From positions 2,367,218-2,431,217 of the forward strand of contig OZ242281.1 of NCBI GenBank assembly GCA_965207365.1: a stretch of DNA of 64,000 nucleotides, given 5' to 3'. Shown piece by piece: positions 19,389 through 26,990 of the stretch (the stretch's first letter is position 1; each line of letters begins with the position of its first letter). The notes below the pieces were generated by a model that saw nothing but the letters and a program-made list of their open reading frames with translations, made no database searches and was not told where the DNA came from. The position numbers and the translations under genes were made by a program. The DNA comes from Dehalococcoidia bacterium. Lineage in GTDB: Bacteria > Chloroflexota > Dehalococcoidia > Bin125.

Positions 19389-20759
19389 TTGCTTGCCGAA
19401 CACGTCCAGTCCAGCATGATCCAGCAAGCATCGGCTGTCACCTCTGGAGGGCGACGACCGGACGATGTCGTCGATTTGATGACACGCGTTGGTCACGGCA
19501 ATTTCGATCTGGTGATCATGAATCCGCCGTTCACTCGACAAGGTGGACTAGAGGGGGACAGGAAAGGCGCTGGCAATGCAGCCTTCGCGGCCTTTGAGAC
19601 ATCTCGGCGGACGCAGGATGAAATGCAAAAGAAGCTGCGATCTGCATCGGGCAGGGATCGTCTCGGTTCTGGAAAGTCCGGTATGGCGGCGCACTTCTTT
19701 GACCTCGCTTTGAGAAAGGTGCGGGAGGGCGGGGTGATGGCCTTCGTGTTGCCGTTGAGCAGCATGAGTGGAATCTCGTGGGAGCCTGTTCGAAAGGCAA
19801 TAGCCGAGAACTGTGAGGACACAATCGTCATCACTGTCGCTGAACCAGGGACATTGCAGAGGTCCTTTTCGGCAGACACCGGCATGGCAGAGTGCCTGTT
19901 AGTAACCAGGAAGAAGAGGCGAAGCGTAATGGCCGGTGGCGATGTCAAAGGACAACAGTCGTCAGCGACATTTGCGATGCTCCGCAGAGAAGTTGAATCG
20001 AGCACTATGTCGTCTCTTATTGGTGACAGACTGGCAAGTGCCGTTCGGTCAGGTGAAGTTTCGTCCATCGAGGATGAAGTGGTCAGCCGAGTGGAAGTTG
20101 GACTCGGCGCAGCAACTGAGTTTGAAGCTATCTCAGCGCCGATGCCAGCGTCAGGATCATGGCCACTTGTAGGAATACTCGACATTTCGCTCGCACACGC
20201 GGCGTTTCAATTGGCAAGAGGCACAGTTGTTCCTATGGGCCAACCGATTGGGCAAGCAATCGCGATTCCGATCGAGGAGTTGGGCTCGTACGCCAAACCA
20301 GGTCCTTATCACTTGTCGATCCGACAAGACTCGCTCGATGGCACCCCGCAAGGTCCATTCAAAGTCGTCTCTCCAATCGAATCTCCTCACCCTACGTATC
20401 CCATGCTCTGGTCTCACGATGCAAAACTCGAGCGACAGATGGTAGTCCGACCAGACTCTGAAGGTCTCATAAAGAAGTGGCCGCAGGACCAAGGAAGGTT
20501 GAATAGCAAGGCGGCCGAGATTTGGTCGACCGCCTCTAGAGCCCACTATTGCGCCGACTTGCGCTTCAACTCGCAATCCCTAGTTGTCGCCATGACGAAC
20601 CGCGAATGTATCGGTGGAAGGGCATGGCCGTCCGTAATCTTTCCGGAGCCAGAACACGAGTATGCATTCAGTCTTTGGTGTGTAACTCGACCTTGGGCCT
20701 GCTCGCCCACTGGTGGGCGAGCAATAAATCGCAAGACGGTCGGGGAACCACCTCCGTAA
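19389..20759 (+). CDS. Continuation of the nuclease-methyltransferase gene after a frameshift: methyltransferase motif IV and the start of the target-recognition region
   Basis: DLVIMNPPFTRQGG is the NPPF catalytic motif IV. It is followed by GGVMAFVLP (motif V-like). TTG start in the ORF track. GC is about 52-55%, lower than neighbours. Confidence 0.72.
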   Translation: MLAEHVQSSMIQQASAVTSGGRRPDDVVDLMTRVGHGNFDLVIMNPPFTRQGGLEGDRKGAGNAAFAAFETSRRTQDEMQKKLRSASGRDRLGSGKSGMAAHFFDLALRKVREGGVMAFVLPLSSMSGISWEPVRKAIAENCEDTIVITVAEPGTLQRSFSADTGMAECLLVTRKKRRSVMAGGDVKGQQSSATFAMLRREVESSTMSSLIGDRLASAVRSGEVSSIEDEVVSRVEVGLGAATEFEAISAPMPASGSWPLVGILDISLAHAAFQLARGTVVPMGQPIGQAIAIPIEELGSYAKPGPYHLSIRQDSLDGTPQGPFKVVSPIESPHPTYPMLWSHDAKLERQMVVRPDSEGLIKKWPQDQGRLNSKAAEIWSTASRAHYCADLRFNSQSLVVAMTNRECIGGRAWPSVIFPEPEHEYAFSLWCVTRPWACSPTGGRAINRKTVGEPPP

Positions 20760-21085
20760 AGGGCATCCCCAACATCCCAACCCTCGACACTCGCGCCCTC
20801 ACCGATGAACAGCACGCCGAGGCCAAGCGACAGTTCGACCTCCTTCGCGACGAACGATTCCTGCCTTTCGACCAGATCGACGAAGACCCCGCCCGAGCCA
20901 AGCTCGACCGCGCCATCCTCGTCGATGTCCTAGGCCTGCCCGAGTCGCTGGTCGAGGACGGCGGTCCTATCGACCTGATCCGGCGCAAGCTCGCGCGAGA
21001 ACCCCAGATCCACGGCGGCAAGAAGTCTCGCGTGGTCTTCACTGACGAGGGCGAGAAATCGGTAAAACGCGCCGACCGCAGTTAG
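20549..21085 (+). other. Possible C-terminal extension of the nuclease-methyltransferase gene in a third frame (second frame break), or an independent small ORF
   Basis: It overlaps the 3' end of 19389-20759. Protein-like sequence switches from frame 0 to frame 2 near 20670-20690 (...EHEYAFSLWCV / NSTLGLLAHWWASNKS...). A (GT)3 sits at 20677-20682. Confidence 0.4.
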
Positions 21086-21140
21086 CGCCGCGGCGATACC
21101 CTAAATCCATCGACCGAACTGTCTACGGAGCAGCAAGATC

Positions 21141-21377
21141 ATGCCCAAGCCATACCGACTGGCCTACACGATGAGAGGTCCCTCTGAGGACACCGAGGAC
21201 ATGTACATGGCCGAGGCCCCGGCCCTGCCAGGCTGTCGCGCTTGGGGCGAGACACCCGAACTCGCGCTCGAGTACCTGGAGAGCGTCGCTGAGGCGTTCA
21301 TCGAGTCGTATCTGGAGCGAGAGAAAGCGCTGCCGTCGGAAATCATCGCCACTGGGGAGTTCGTGGTGGCGGTGTGA
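21141..21377 (+). CDS. hicB: HicB-family antitoxin (UPF0150 fold), copy 1
   Basis: 78 aa. YRLAYTMRGPSEDTEDMYMAEAPALPGCRAWGETPELALEYLESVAEAFIE. SD is ACGGAG. Confidence 0.82.
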   Translation: MPKPYRLAYTMRGPSEDTEDMYMAEAPALPGCRAWGETPELALEYLESVAEAFIESYLEREKALPSEIIATGEFVVAV

Positions 21378-21583
21378 AGTATCGGGAGTTGACACGCAAG
21401 CTGCGCAAACTGGGCTGCCAGTTCGACCGCCAAGGCAAAGGCTCTCACGAGATTTGGATCAATCTGCAGACCGGTGAGGAGACTACGATTCCAAGTTGGG
21501 GCAGGAAAGACCTCAAGCCTGGGACGTTAGCGCGGATATTGCGGGAACTGGAAATCGACCGCCGCGACTTGGATCAGGCCTGA
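21374..21583 (+). CDS. hicA: HicA-family mRNA interferase toxin, copy 1
   Basis: 69 aa. LRKLGCQFDRQGKGSHEIWIN...TTIPSWGRKDLKPGTLARILREL. GTGA overlap with hicB. Confidence 0.85.
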   Translation: MKYRELTRKLRKLGCQFDRQGKGSHEIWINLQTGEETTIPSWGRKDLKPGTLARILRELEIDRRDLDQA

Positions 21584-21638
21584 GGCGCCCGCGATATCCT
21601 TGACCCATTGACCGTGCGATGTGAGGAACAGCAAGATA

Positions 21639-21875
21639 ATGCCGAAGCAATTCCGACTCGCTTACACGATGCGAGAGCCGTGCGAGGACACCGGGGAGAT
21701 GTTCCTGGCCGAAGTGCCCAGTCTTCCAGGATGTTGCGCCTGGGCCGAGACGCCGGAGGAAGCGCTCTGGATATTGGAGGGCGTCGCCGAGGCGTTCATC
21801 GCTTCCCACATCAAGCATGGCGACCCTCTGCCTCCTGAGATCGTTCAGGCAGGCGAGTTGCTGGTGTCGGTTTGA
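21639..21875 (+). CDS. hicB: HicB-family antitoxin, copy 2
   Basis: MPKQFRLAYTMREPCEDTGEMFLAEVPSLPGCCAWAETPEEA.... Start chosen by homology with copy 1 (the ORF track extends to 21621). The upstream cagcaagatAATG context is duplicated too. Confidence 0.82.
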   Translation: MPKQFRLAYTMREPCEDTGEMFLAEVPSLPGCCAWAETPEEALWILEGVAEAFIASHIKHGDPLPPEIVQAGELLVSV

Positions 21876-22081
21876 ATTACAGGCAGGTGACGAAGAAGCT
21901 GCGGGCACTCGGTTGCTATTTTGACGAGCAGGGATACGGTTCGCACGAGACCTGGCGAAACCCCGCAACGCAGAAGCGGGCGACGATTCCCAACTGGCGC
22001 AGCAAGGATCTCAAGCCGGGCACCATGCGAAAGATCCTCCGAGATCTAGAGATCGACAAGCGGGACTTCGATCAGGCCTGA
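21872..22081 (+). CDS. hicA: HicA-family toxin, copy 2
   Basis: 69 aa. LRALGCYFDEQGYGSHETWRN...ATIPNWRSKDLKPGTMRKILRDL. ATGA-type overlap with hicB copy 2. Confidence 0.85.
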   Translation: MNYRQVTKKLRALGCYFDEQGYGSHETWRNPATQKRATIPNWRSKDLKPGTMRKILRDLEIDKRDFDQA

Positions 22082-22716
22082 GGCGTCCGAGACTGGACTA
22101 CGTACATTGGATCGCTCTGGCCCTTGGCGGGGGAGATGTCGTGCCATTGGGGTGGGTCGAAGGTTCCCGAGTAGTGAAAGTAGGCGCCGACGAGCTGGAC
22201 GTGGCCTTCATCTCCCATTCCTTGCCAGAGCCGGACGGCTTTGGTCGGGAAACAGCGGTTTGAGAAGGAGACGATGCAGCCTCCGCCGGGACGCAGAATG
22301 CGGCCGATCTCTCGGAAGACCTCAAGCGGCTTCTTCAGGTATTGGACAGAGACTGCGATGGTGACGACATCAAACTCGCCGTCGCCGTAGGGCAGGATGG
22401 GGTCGGCGTTGAGGTCGTGGACGACCCACTCGGTGAGCTGTGGGTTCTCGGCCAACTCCTCGGCGTTCATGCCGAGGCCGGCGACGCGCTGGGACTCCAG
22501 GTCGTCGGGGTAGTGCGAAATCCACGAAGACATCAGGTCGAGCAGGCGGCCCTGCTTCGGTAGGAACCTGGAATAATGTTCGCGCAGCGCGCCGATCGCC
22601 GCGTCATCGATGTGGGTAACGAGTCTCGGCTGCACGTAGAAGTTGGCGTCGGCAGACTCGTCGACACGTCGGAAGTGGGCGTCTTCGAAGGGCGGATCGG
22701 TCGGTTGGTCGGGCAT
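22072..22716 (-). CDS. Class I SAM-dependent methyltransferase (Methyltransf_11-like)
   Basis: 214 aa. LLDLMSSWISHYP...GLGMNAEEL...FDVVTIAVSVQYL...LRPGGGCIVSF. The 3' end is convergent and overlaps hicA copy 2 by 10 nt. Confidence 0.78.
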   Translation of the reverse strand: MPDQPTDPPFEDAHFRRVDESADANFYVQPRLVTHIDDAAIGALREHYSRFLPKQGRLLDLMSSWISHYPDDLESQRVAGLGMNAEELAENPQLTEWVVHDLNADPILPYGDGEFDVVTIAVSVQYLKKPLEVFREIGRILRPGGGCIVSFSNRCFPTKAVRLWQGMGDEGHVQLVGAYFHYSGTFDPPQWHDISPAKGQSDPMYVVQSRTPQA

Positions 22717-22724
22717 GGGCGTCG

Positions 22725-22838
22725 CCCCTCACCCTAACCCTCTCCCGCAGGGAGAGGGGATGGATGCACCCACTCCCCAGAAGTACGGGGATCAACTCTT
22801 CTGCTCCCTCTCCCTTTGGGAGAGGGTTGGGGTGAGGG
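22725..22838. repeat. Inverted pair of family-C REP hairpins (CCCTCACCCTAACCCTCTCCCGCAGGGAGAGGGG ... CCCTCTCCCTTTGGGAGAGGGTTGGGGTGAGGG)
   Basis: Two copies in opposite orientation flank a 44-bp core. Same family as 17693-17727. Confidence 0.75.
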
Positions 22839-22844
22839 TTCCGC

Positions 22845-23045
22845 TCAGAACTTTGGCGGTTTGGGCAGGATGTAGGCGGCTGAGAGGCCGAGCAGGATCG
22901 CCGCCATCGCGATACCGACCACGATGGCCACGATCTGTCCGACGTGTAGTCCGCCGCCCCCGCTTTCGCCACCGGCAGCCATCGCCGCGCCGCCCAGGAG
23001 GGCGGCGCTGATGAGTGCCAGGGCAACGGTTGCGGTTCGCAACAT
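22845..23045 (-). CDS. Small two-TM membrane protein (hypothetical)
   Basis: 66 aa. MLRTATVALALISAALLGGAAMAAGG...IVAIVVGIAMAAILLGLSAAYIL gives two hydrophobic helices. There is no homology anchor. Confidence 0.35.
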   Translation of the reverse strand: MLRTATVALALISAALLGGAAMAAGGESGGGGLHVGQIVAIVVGIAMAAILLGLSAAYILPKPPKF

Positions 23046-23073
23046 GTGAGTCTTCGTCCTCGGTCTAGAAAGG

Positions 23074-23514
23074 CTAGAAGGGGTTGCTGATCTGCGCGGC
23101 GTGGTCGACGAAGTGCCACATGGCGCCCTGCATCAGCATGGCGACCGGTGCGGCGCCGAGACCTTCGCCGCCAGCCGACTTGCCAAGCTCATCGTCCTGG
23201 ACGTGCTTGACCTTGCTCTCGGCGGCGGAGACGACGGCGTCAAGCGCGGCCAGAGCGTCCGCGGCGGTGGGCATTTCGGTGCTGCTCAGCGGGTTTTCGG
23301 GGCCGTCGTAGCCACAGGCGGCGCAGATACCGTTGGCGAACATCATCGTCGACGGAATCACGTGCTCGGCGACCTGTCGCGGCGACCAGCCTGCTTCGCC
23401 ATCGTCAGCGCTGCCCTTTGGGGTTTCCCAGTTGGCCTCGGACACCTGGATGGCGGTGCGGAGGGCGGCGACGCCCCCGTGGATTCCTGCGCGCAGTTCG
23501 TCGGCGGTCGGCAT
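23074..23514 (-). CDS. DinB/YfiT-like helical-bundle protein (hypothetical)
   Basis: Start at MPTADEL after AAGGAG. WSPRQVAEHVI and the spacing of H/E/H residues suggest the DinB_2 family. The longer ORF was rejected. Confidence 0.45.
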   Translation of the reverse strand: MPTADELRAGIHGGVAALRTAIQVSEANWETPKGSADDGEAGWSPRQVAEHVIPSTMMFANGICAACGYDGPENPLSSTEMPTAADALAALDAVVSAAESKVKHVQDDELGKSAGGEGLGAAPVAMLMQGAMWHFVDHAAQISNPF

Positions 23515-23639
23515 AGTGTGTACTCCTTGGTTGGGGTCTGGTTGATGAGGGTCTTCGGGCAGCATAGGGCAGCCCCCGACTACCCTGACCCAGGGATCAC
23601 CAACCTCAACGACGAGTGATGTAACGGGAGGAACCGGAC

Positions 23640-24680
23640 ATGGCTTTTGGAATCGGACTGATCGGAGCAGGCGGCAACCAGAAGCTGCGACACATTCCCG
23701 GCTTCCGCGAGGTCAACGACGTGGAGATCGTCAACGTGGTCAATCGATCGCGCGAATCGGGTGAGCGAGTTGCCGCTGAGTATGACATTCCGAAGGTCTC
23801 GGAATCGGTCGAGGCACTGCTCTCCGACCCGGCCGTAGATGCAGTCAGCATTGGTACCTGGCCCTACAAGCATCTTGAGTACACGAAGGCGGCGCTCGAA
23901 GCGGGCAAGCACGTGCTCTGCGAGGCGCGCATGGCGACCAATGCCACCGAAGCTGAGGCGATGCTGGCGCTCGATCGCGCGCATCCCGACCTCGTCGCGC
24001 AGCTCGTGCCCGCGCCGTTCGACTTCGGTCTGGGCAAGACGATTAAGCGGCTCTGCGAGGACGGCTCGCTGGGCAGCATCATTGAGGTCCATCTGACGCT
24101 GCTTAACGGCTCAGGTCTGGACGAGTCGGGCCCGCTGCATTGGCGTCACCGAAGCGACTACTCCGGACATAACATGATGCAGCTCGGCATCTTCAACGAG
24201 ACCATCCAGCGCTGGCTCGGCGATACGACACGCGTAACCGCTCATGCGCGGACGTTCGTCCCCAGCCGCATCGACGAGGAGTCCGGCGAGCGCTACAATA
24301 TCGTGATCCCCGACAGCCTGGGCATCTTCGCCGATATGGCCAATGGAGCGCGTTGCACATATCGGGTCAGCGCCGTGACTGCCGGCGCACCGCAGCCGCC
24401 GAGCATCGACATCTACGGTTCCGAGGGTCGGCTGCACTGGCGCTTCGGCGACACCGGCGAGTGGGGCAAGCACGGCGCGGACGTGGCCCCAATCGTCGCC
24501 GATCCCGGCACCGCGCACGACTGGCAGGTCGAATACGACTTCATGCGCTCAATCCGAGACGGAGCCCCCATCACGCTGACCAGCTTCGCCGACGGAGTTC
24601 GCTACATGCGCTTCACCGACGCCGTCTGGGAGTCGTGGAACACGGGTCAAAGTCGGGATATCGAACCATTGACGGAGTAA
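23640..24680 (+). CDS. Gfo/Idh/MocA-family NAD(P)-dependent oxidoreductase
   Basis: 346 aa. The N-terminal Rossmann fold is IGLIGAGGNQKLRHIPGF...VSIGTWPYKHLEYTKAALEAGKHVLCEAR. Confidence 0.85.
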   Translation: MAFGIGLIGAGGNQKLRHIPGFREVNDVEIVNVVNRSRESGERVAAEYDIPKVSESVEALLSDPAVDAVSIGTWPYKHLEYTKAALEAGKHVLCEARMATNATEAEAMLALDRAHPDLVAQLVPAPFDFGLGKTIKRLCEDGSLGSIIEVHLTLLNGSGLDESGPLHWRHRSDYSGHNMMQLGIFNETIQRWLGDTTRVTAHARTFVPSRIDEESGERYNIVIPDSLGIFADMANGARCTYRVSAVTAGAPQPPSIDIYGSEGRLHWRFGDTGEWGKHGADVAPIVADPGTAHDWQVEYDFMRSIRDGAPITLTSFADGVRYMRFTDAVWESWNTGQSRDIEPLTE

Positions 24681-24689
24681 GGACGAGAC

Positions 24690-25613
24690 ATGGCACGGAT
24701 CGTCTCGCTACTGCCGAGCGCCACCGAGATCGTTTGCGCATTGGGCGCCGGCGAAGATCTGGTAGGTCGGTCGCACGAGTGTGACTATCCGCCTGCGGCA
24801 CAACATCTGCCTGTGCTGACCAGTCCCAGGTTTCCGCCTGCCGCTGCCAGCGGAGAGATTGATCGGCAGGTGCATGAGCTGGCGCTCGCGGCCAAAGCCG
24901 AGGACGCCCTAGGCGTCTACGCGATTGACATGAGGCTCTTGCAGGAGCTTGCGCCGACGCACATCGTCACGCAAACTCAGTGCGAGGTCTGCGCCGTCAG
25001 CCTGCGAGACGTGGAGCGAGCCGTTGAGCAACTCACCGGATTCGACACGAAACTGATTCCGCTCGCTCCCAACTCACTGAATGACATCTACGACGACATA
25101 GAGCGAACCGCCGATGCGCTTGGGATTGCCGAGCGTGGAACGGCGCTGGTCTCGGACCTGCAACGCCGGATCGAACAAGTTCCGGCAACGTCGAACTCAC
25201 CGCGAGTCGCAGTCGTGGAGTGGGCCGATCCGCTGATGACCGCGGGTCATTGGACGATGGAGCTGATCGTGCGAGCAGGGGGTGTACCGGTGATCGGCGA
25301 ACCTGCTGGCCCGTCGTTGCACTTCGAGATGTCTGATCTGGCTGAGGCAGACCCGGATGTGATCATCATCGCACCATGCGGCTACGACCTGGAGAGAACG
25401 CGTGAGGATGCGAAGCTGCTTCACGAGCGTGAGGACTGGCGACAGCTCCGAGCAGTGCGCGATGATCGCATCGCGTTGATCGACGGAAATCAGTACGTCA
25501 ATCGACCTGGCCCAAAAGTCGTGGAGACGCTGGAGATCATTGCGGAGATCATCAATCCCGATGTTGATGAGCATCGACATGAAGGAATCGGTTGGGAGCG
25601 CTTTGCTGTCTGA
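24690..25613 (+). CDS. Peripla_BP_2 (BtuF-like) cobalamin/siderophore-type binding protein, with no obvious signal peptide
   Basis: MARIVSLLPSATEIVCALGAGEDLVGRSHECDYP is the characteristic BtuF-like N-terminus. 307 aa. Confidence 0.72.
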   Translation: MARIVSLLPSATEIVCALGAGEDLVGRSHECDYPPAAQHLPVLTSPRFPPAAASGEIDRQVHELALAAKAEDALGVYAIDMRLLQELAPTHIVTQTQCEVCAVSLRDVERAVEQLTGFDTKLIPLAPNSLNDIYDDIERTADALGIAERGTALVSDLQRRIEQVPATSNSPRVAVVEWADPLMTAGHWTMELIVRAGGVPVIGEPAGPSLHFEMSDLAEADPDVIIIAPCGYDLERTREDAKLLHEREDWRQLRAVRDDRIALIDGNQYVNRPGPKVVETLEIIAEIINPDVDEHRHEGIGWERFAV

Positions 25614-25703
25614 GTAAGTCCCTCTGGAGGCAAACCGCATGCCTGCAGGAGGCGGTTGGAGCCTAGTGCCTGTTCACATGGGGCCGTTCCTCCAGGAGTT
25701 CCC

Positions 25704-25879
25704 GTCATACCCGCGCTTGCCGCGGGTATCTCGCTGCATTTGGCGCCACTGTCCGTGCACAACTCGGCGAGATTGCCGCGTCAAGCGCGGCAATGACGAA
25801 ATTCTAGCTAAACAAATGGCTGATGTGAACAGACCCTAGTGCGTCGAGATTCCCGCGACGGCGCGCGGGAATGACGGAA
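25704..25879. repeat. BIME-like cluster of three REP hairpins (family A 25704-25735; family B' 25767-25800; family B 25844-25879)
   Basis: GTCATACCCGCGCTTGCCGCGGGTATCTCGC; GAGATTGCCGCGTCAAGCGCGGCAATGACGAA; GAGATTCCCGCGACGGCGCGCGGGAATGACGGAA. Confidence 0.75.
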
Positions 25880-25927
25880 TCTGGGGCTTGGCGCTCAGGT
25901 AGCCCCGTATGGGATTCGGCAGAGCTG

Positions 25928-26883
25928 TTACAGCGTCTCTAGCCACCCCACGAGGATGCGGTTCAGCTCTTCCGGTTCTTCCTGCTGGGTCCAGTGGCCG
26001 CAGTCTTCGATGTGGCCTCGACTGAGGTTGGGAATCCACTCCTCCATGCCTTCGGTCATTGAGGGCAGCAGAACTCCGTCTTTGCCGGCCGTGACCATCA
26101 AGGCCGGCTGCTCAATGTCGTTGCCGTCGACCGCAGCGTCCCACTCCCAGTTTCGCCCGTGATTGCGATACCAGTTGAGTCCGCCCCGGAATCCGGTCTG
26201 CTCGAACGCACTGACGAAGGTGTCCAGGTCTTCTTCGGTCAGCATGATCGAGCGCTCGGCGTCGTCGGGCAGGCCGACGAGTAGGCCGCCTCGATCGCGG
26301 ACGCCCGAGGTCATACCGATCACATCGAGCCGGTCCTCGGGCTTGGAGGTCCGCAGCATCAGTTTCATCGTGCGGCGGACGTTGCCGCCCAGCTCGGCCT
26401 CGGCCACTCCTTCGTCCTGGAAGTAGAGCTGGTAGTCGAAGCGGCCCGGATCCATCTTCATCGCATCGAGTGGGTTGATCGGCGGCCGCCGGCCAGCCGG
26501 CGTGTTAATCCCGGCGACGGCGCGGACGCGGGTTGGGTGATGTTTGGCCATGTTCCAGATGACTGCGCCGCCCCAGTCGTGGCCGACGAAGACGGCATCG
26601 GCGATGCCCAATGCGTCGAGCAACGCGACCATGTCGGCGCAGATCAGTTCCTGGGTGAAATCCTCGGCGTTGGGAGGCGAGTCGGTGCCGCCATAGCCGC
26701 GCATATCCGGTGCGATGGCGCGGAATCCAGCCTCGGCGACCACTGGAATCTGATGTCGCCACGAGTACCAGAGCTCGGGAAAGCCATGGCAGAAGACGAC
26801 GGCCGGGCCAACGCCGGCCTCGGCGATGTGCATGTTGATGCCAGTCGAGAGATCGATCTGGGAGTGAGTGAGGTCGGTCATGG
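25928..26883 (-). CDS. Alpha/beta hydrolase (epoxide-hydrolase/haloalkane-dehalogenase-like)
   Basis: VVFCHGFPELWYSWRHQIP...DMRGYGGTD...VGHDWGGAV gives the HGxP motif and nucleophile elbow. Start chosen at MTDLTHS (ATG 26881-26883 on the minus strand). The N-terminal extension in the ORF track was rejected. Confidence 0.85.
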
Positions 26884-26990
26884 CAACCCTCGTATGAGTA
26901 CGCGAGTGGGTGGAGTGTTGACTCAGCGCTCGCACGATCATACGCACTGTCCAAGACTGCGGGTACTGTAGCCGCAACAGGAGAGCGCTG

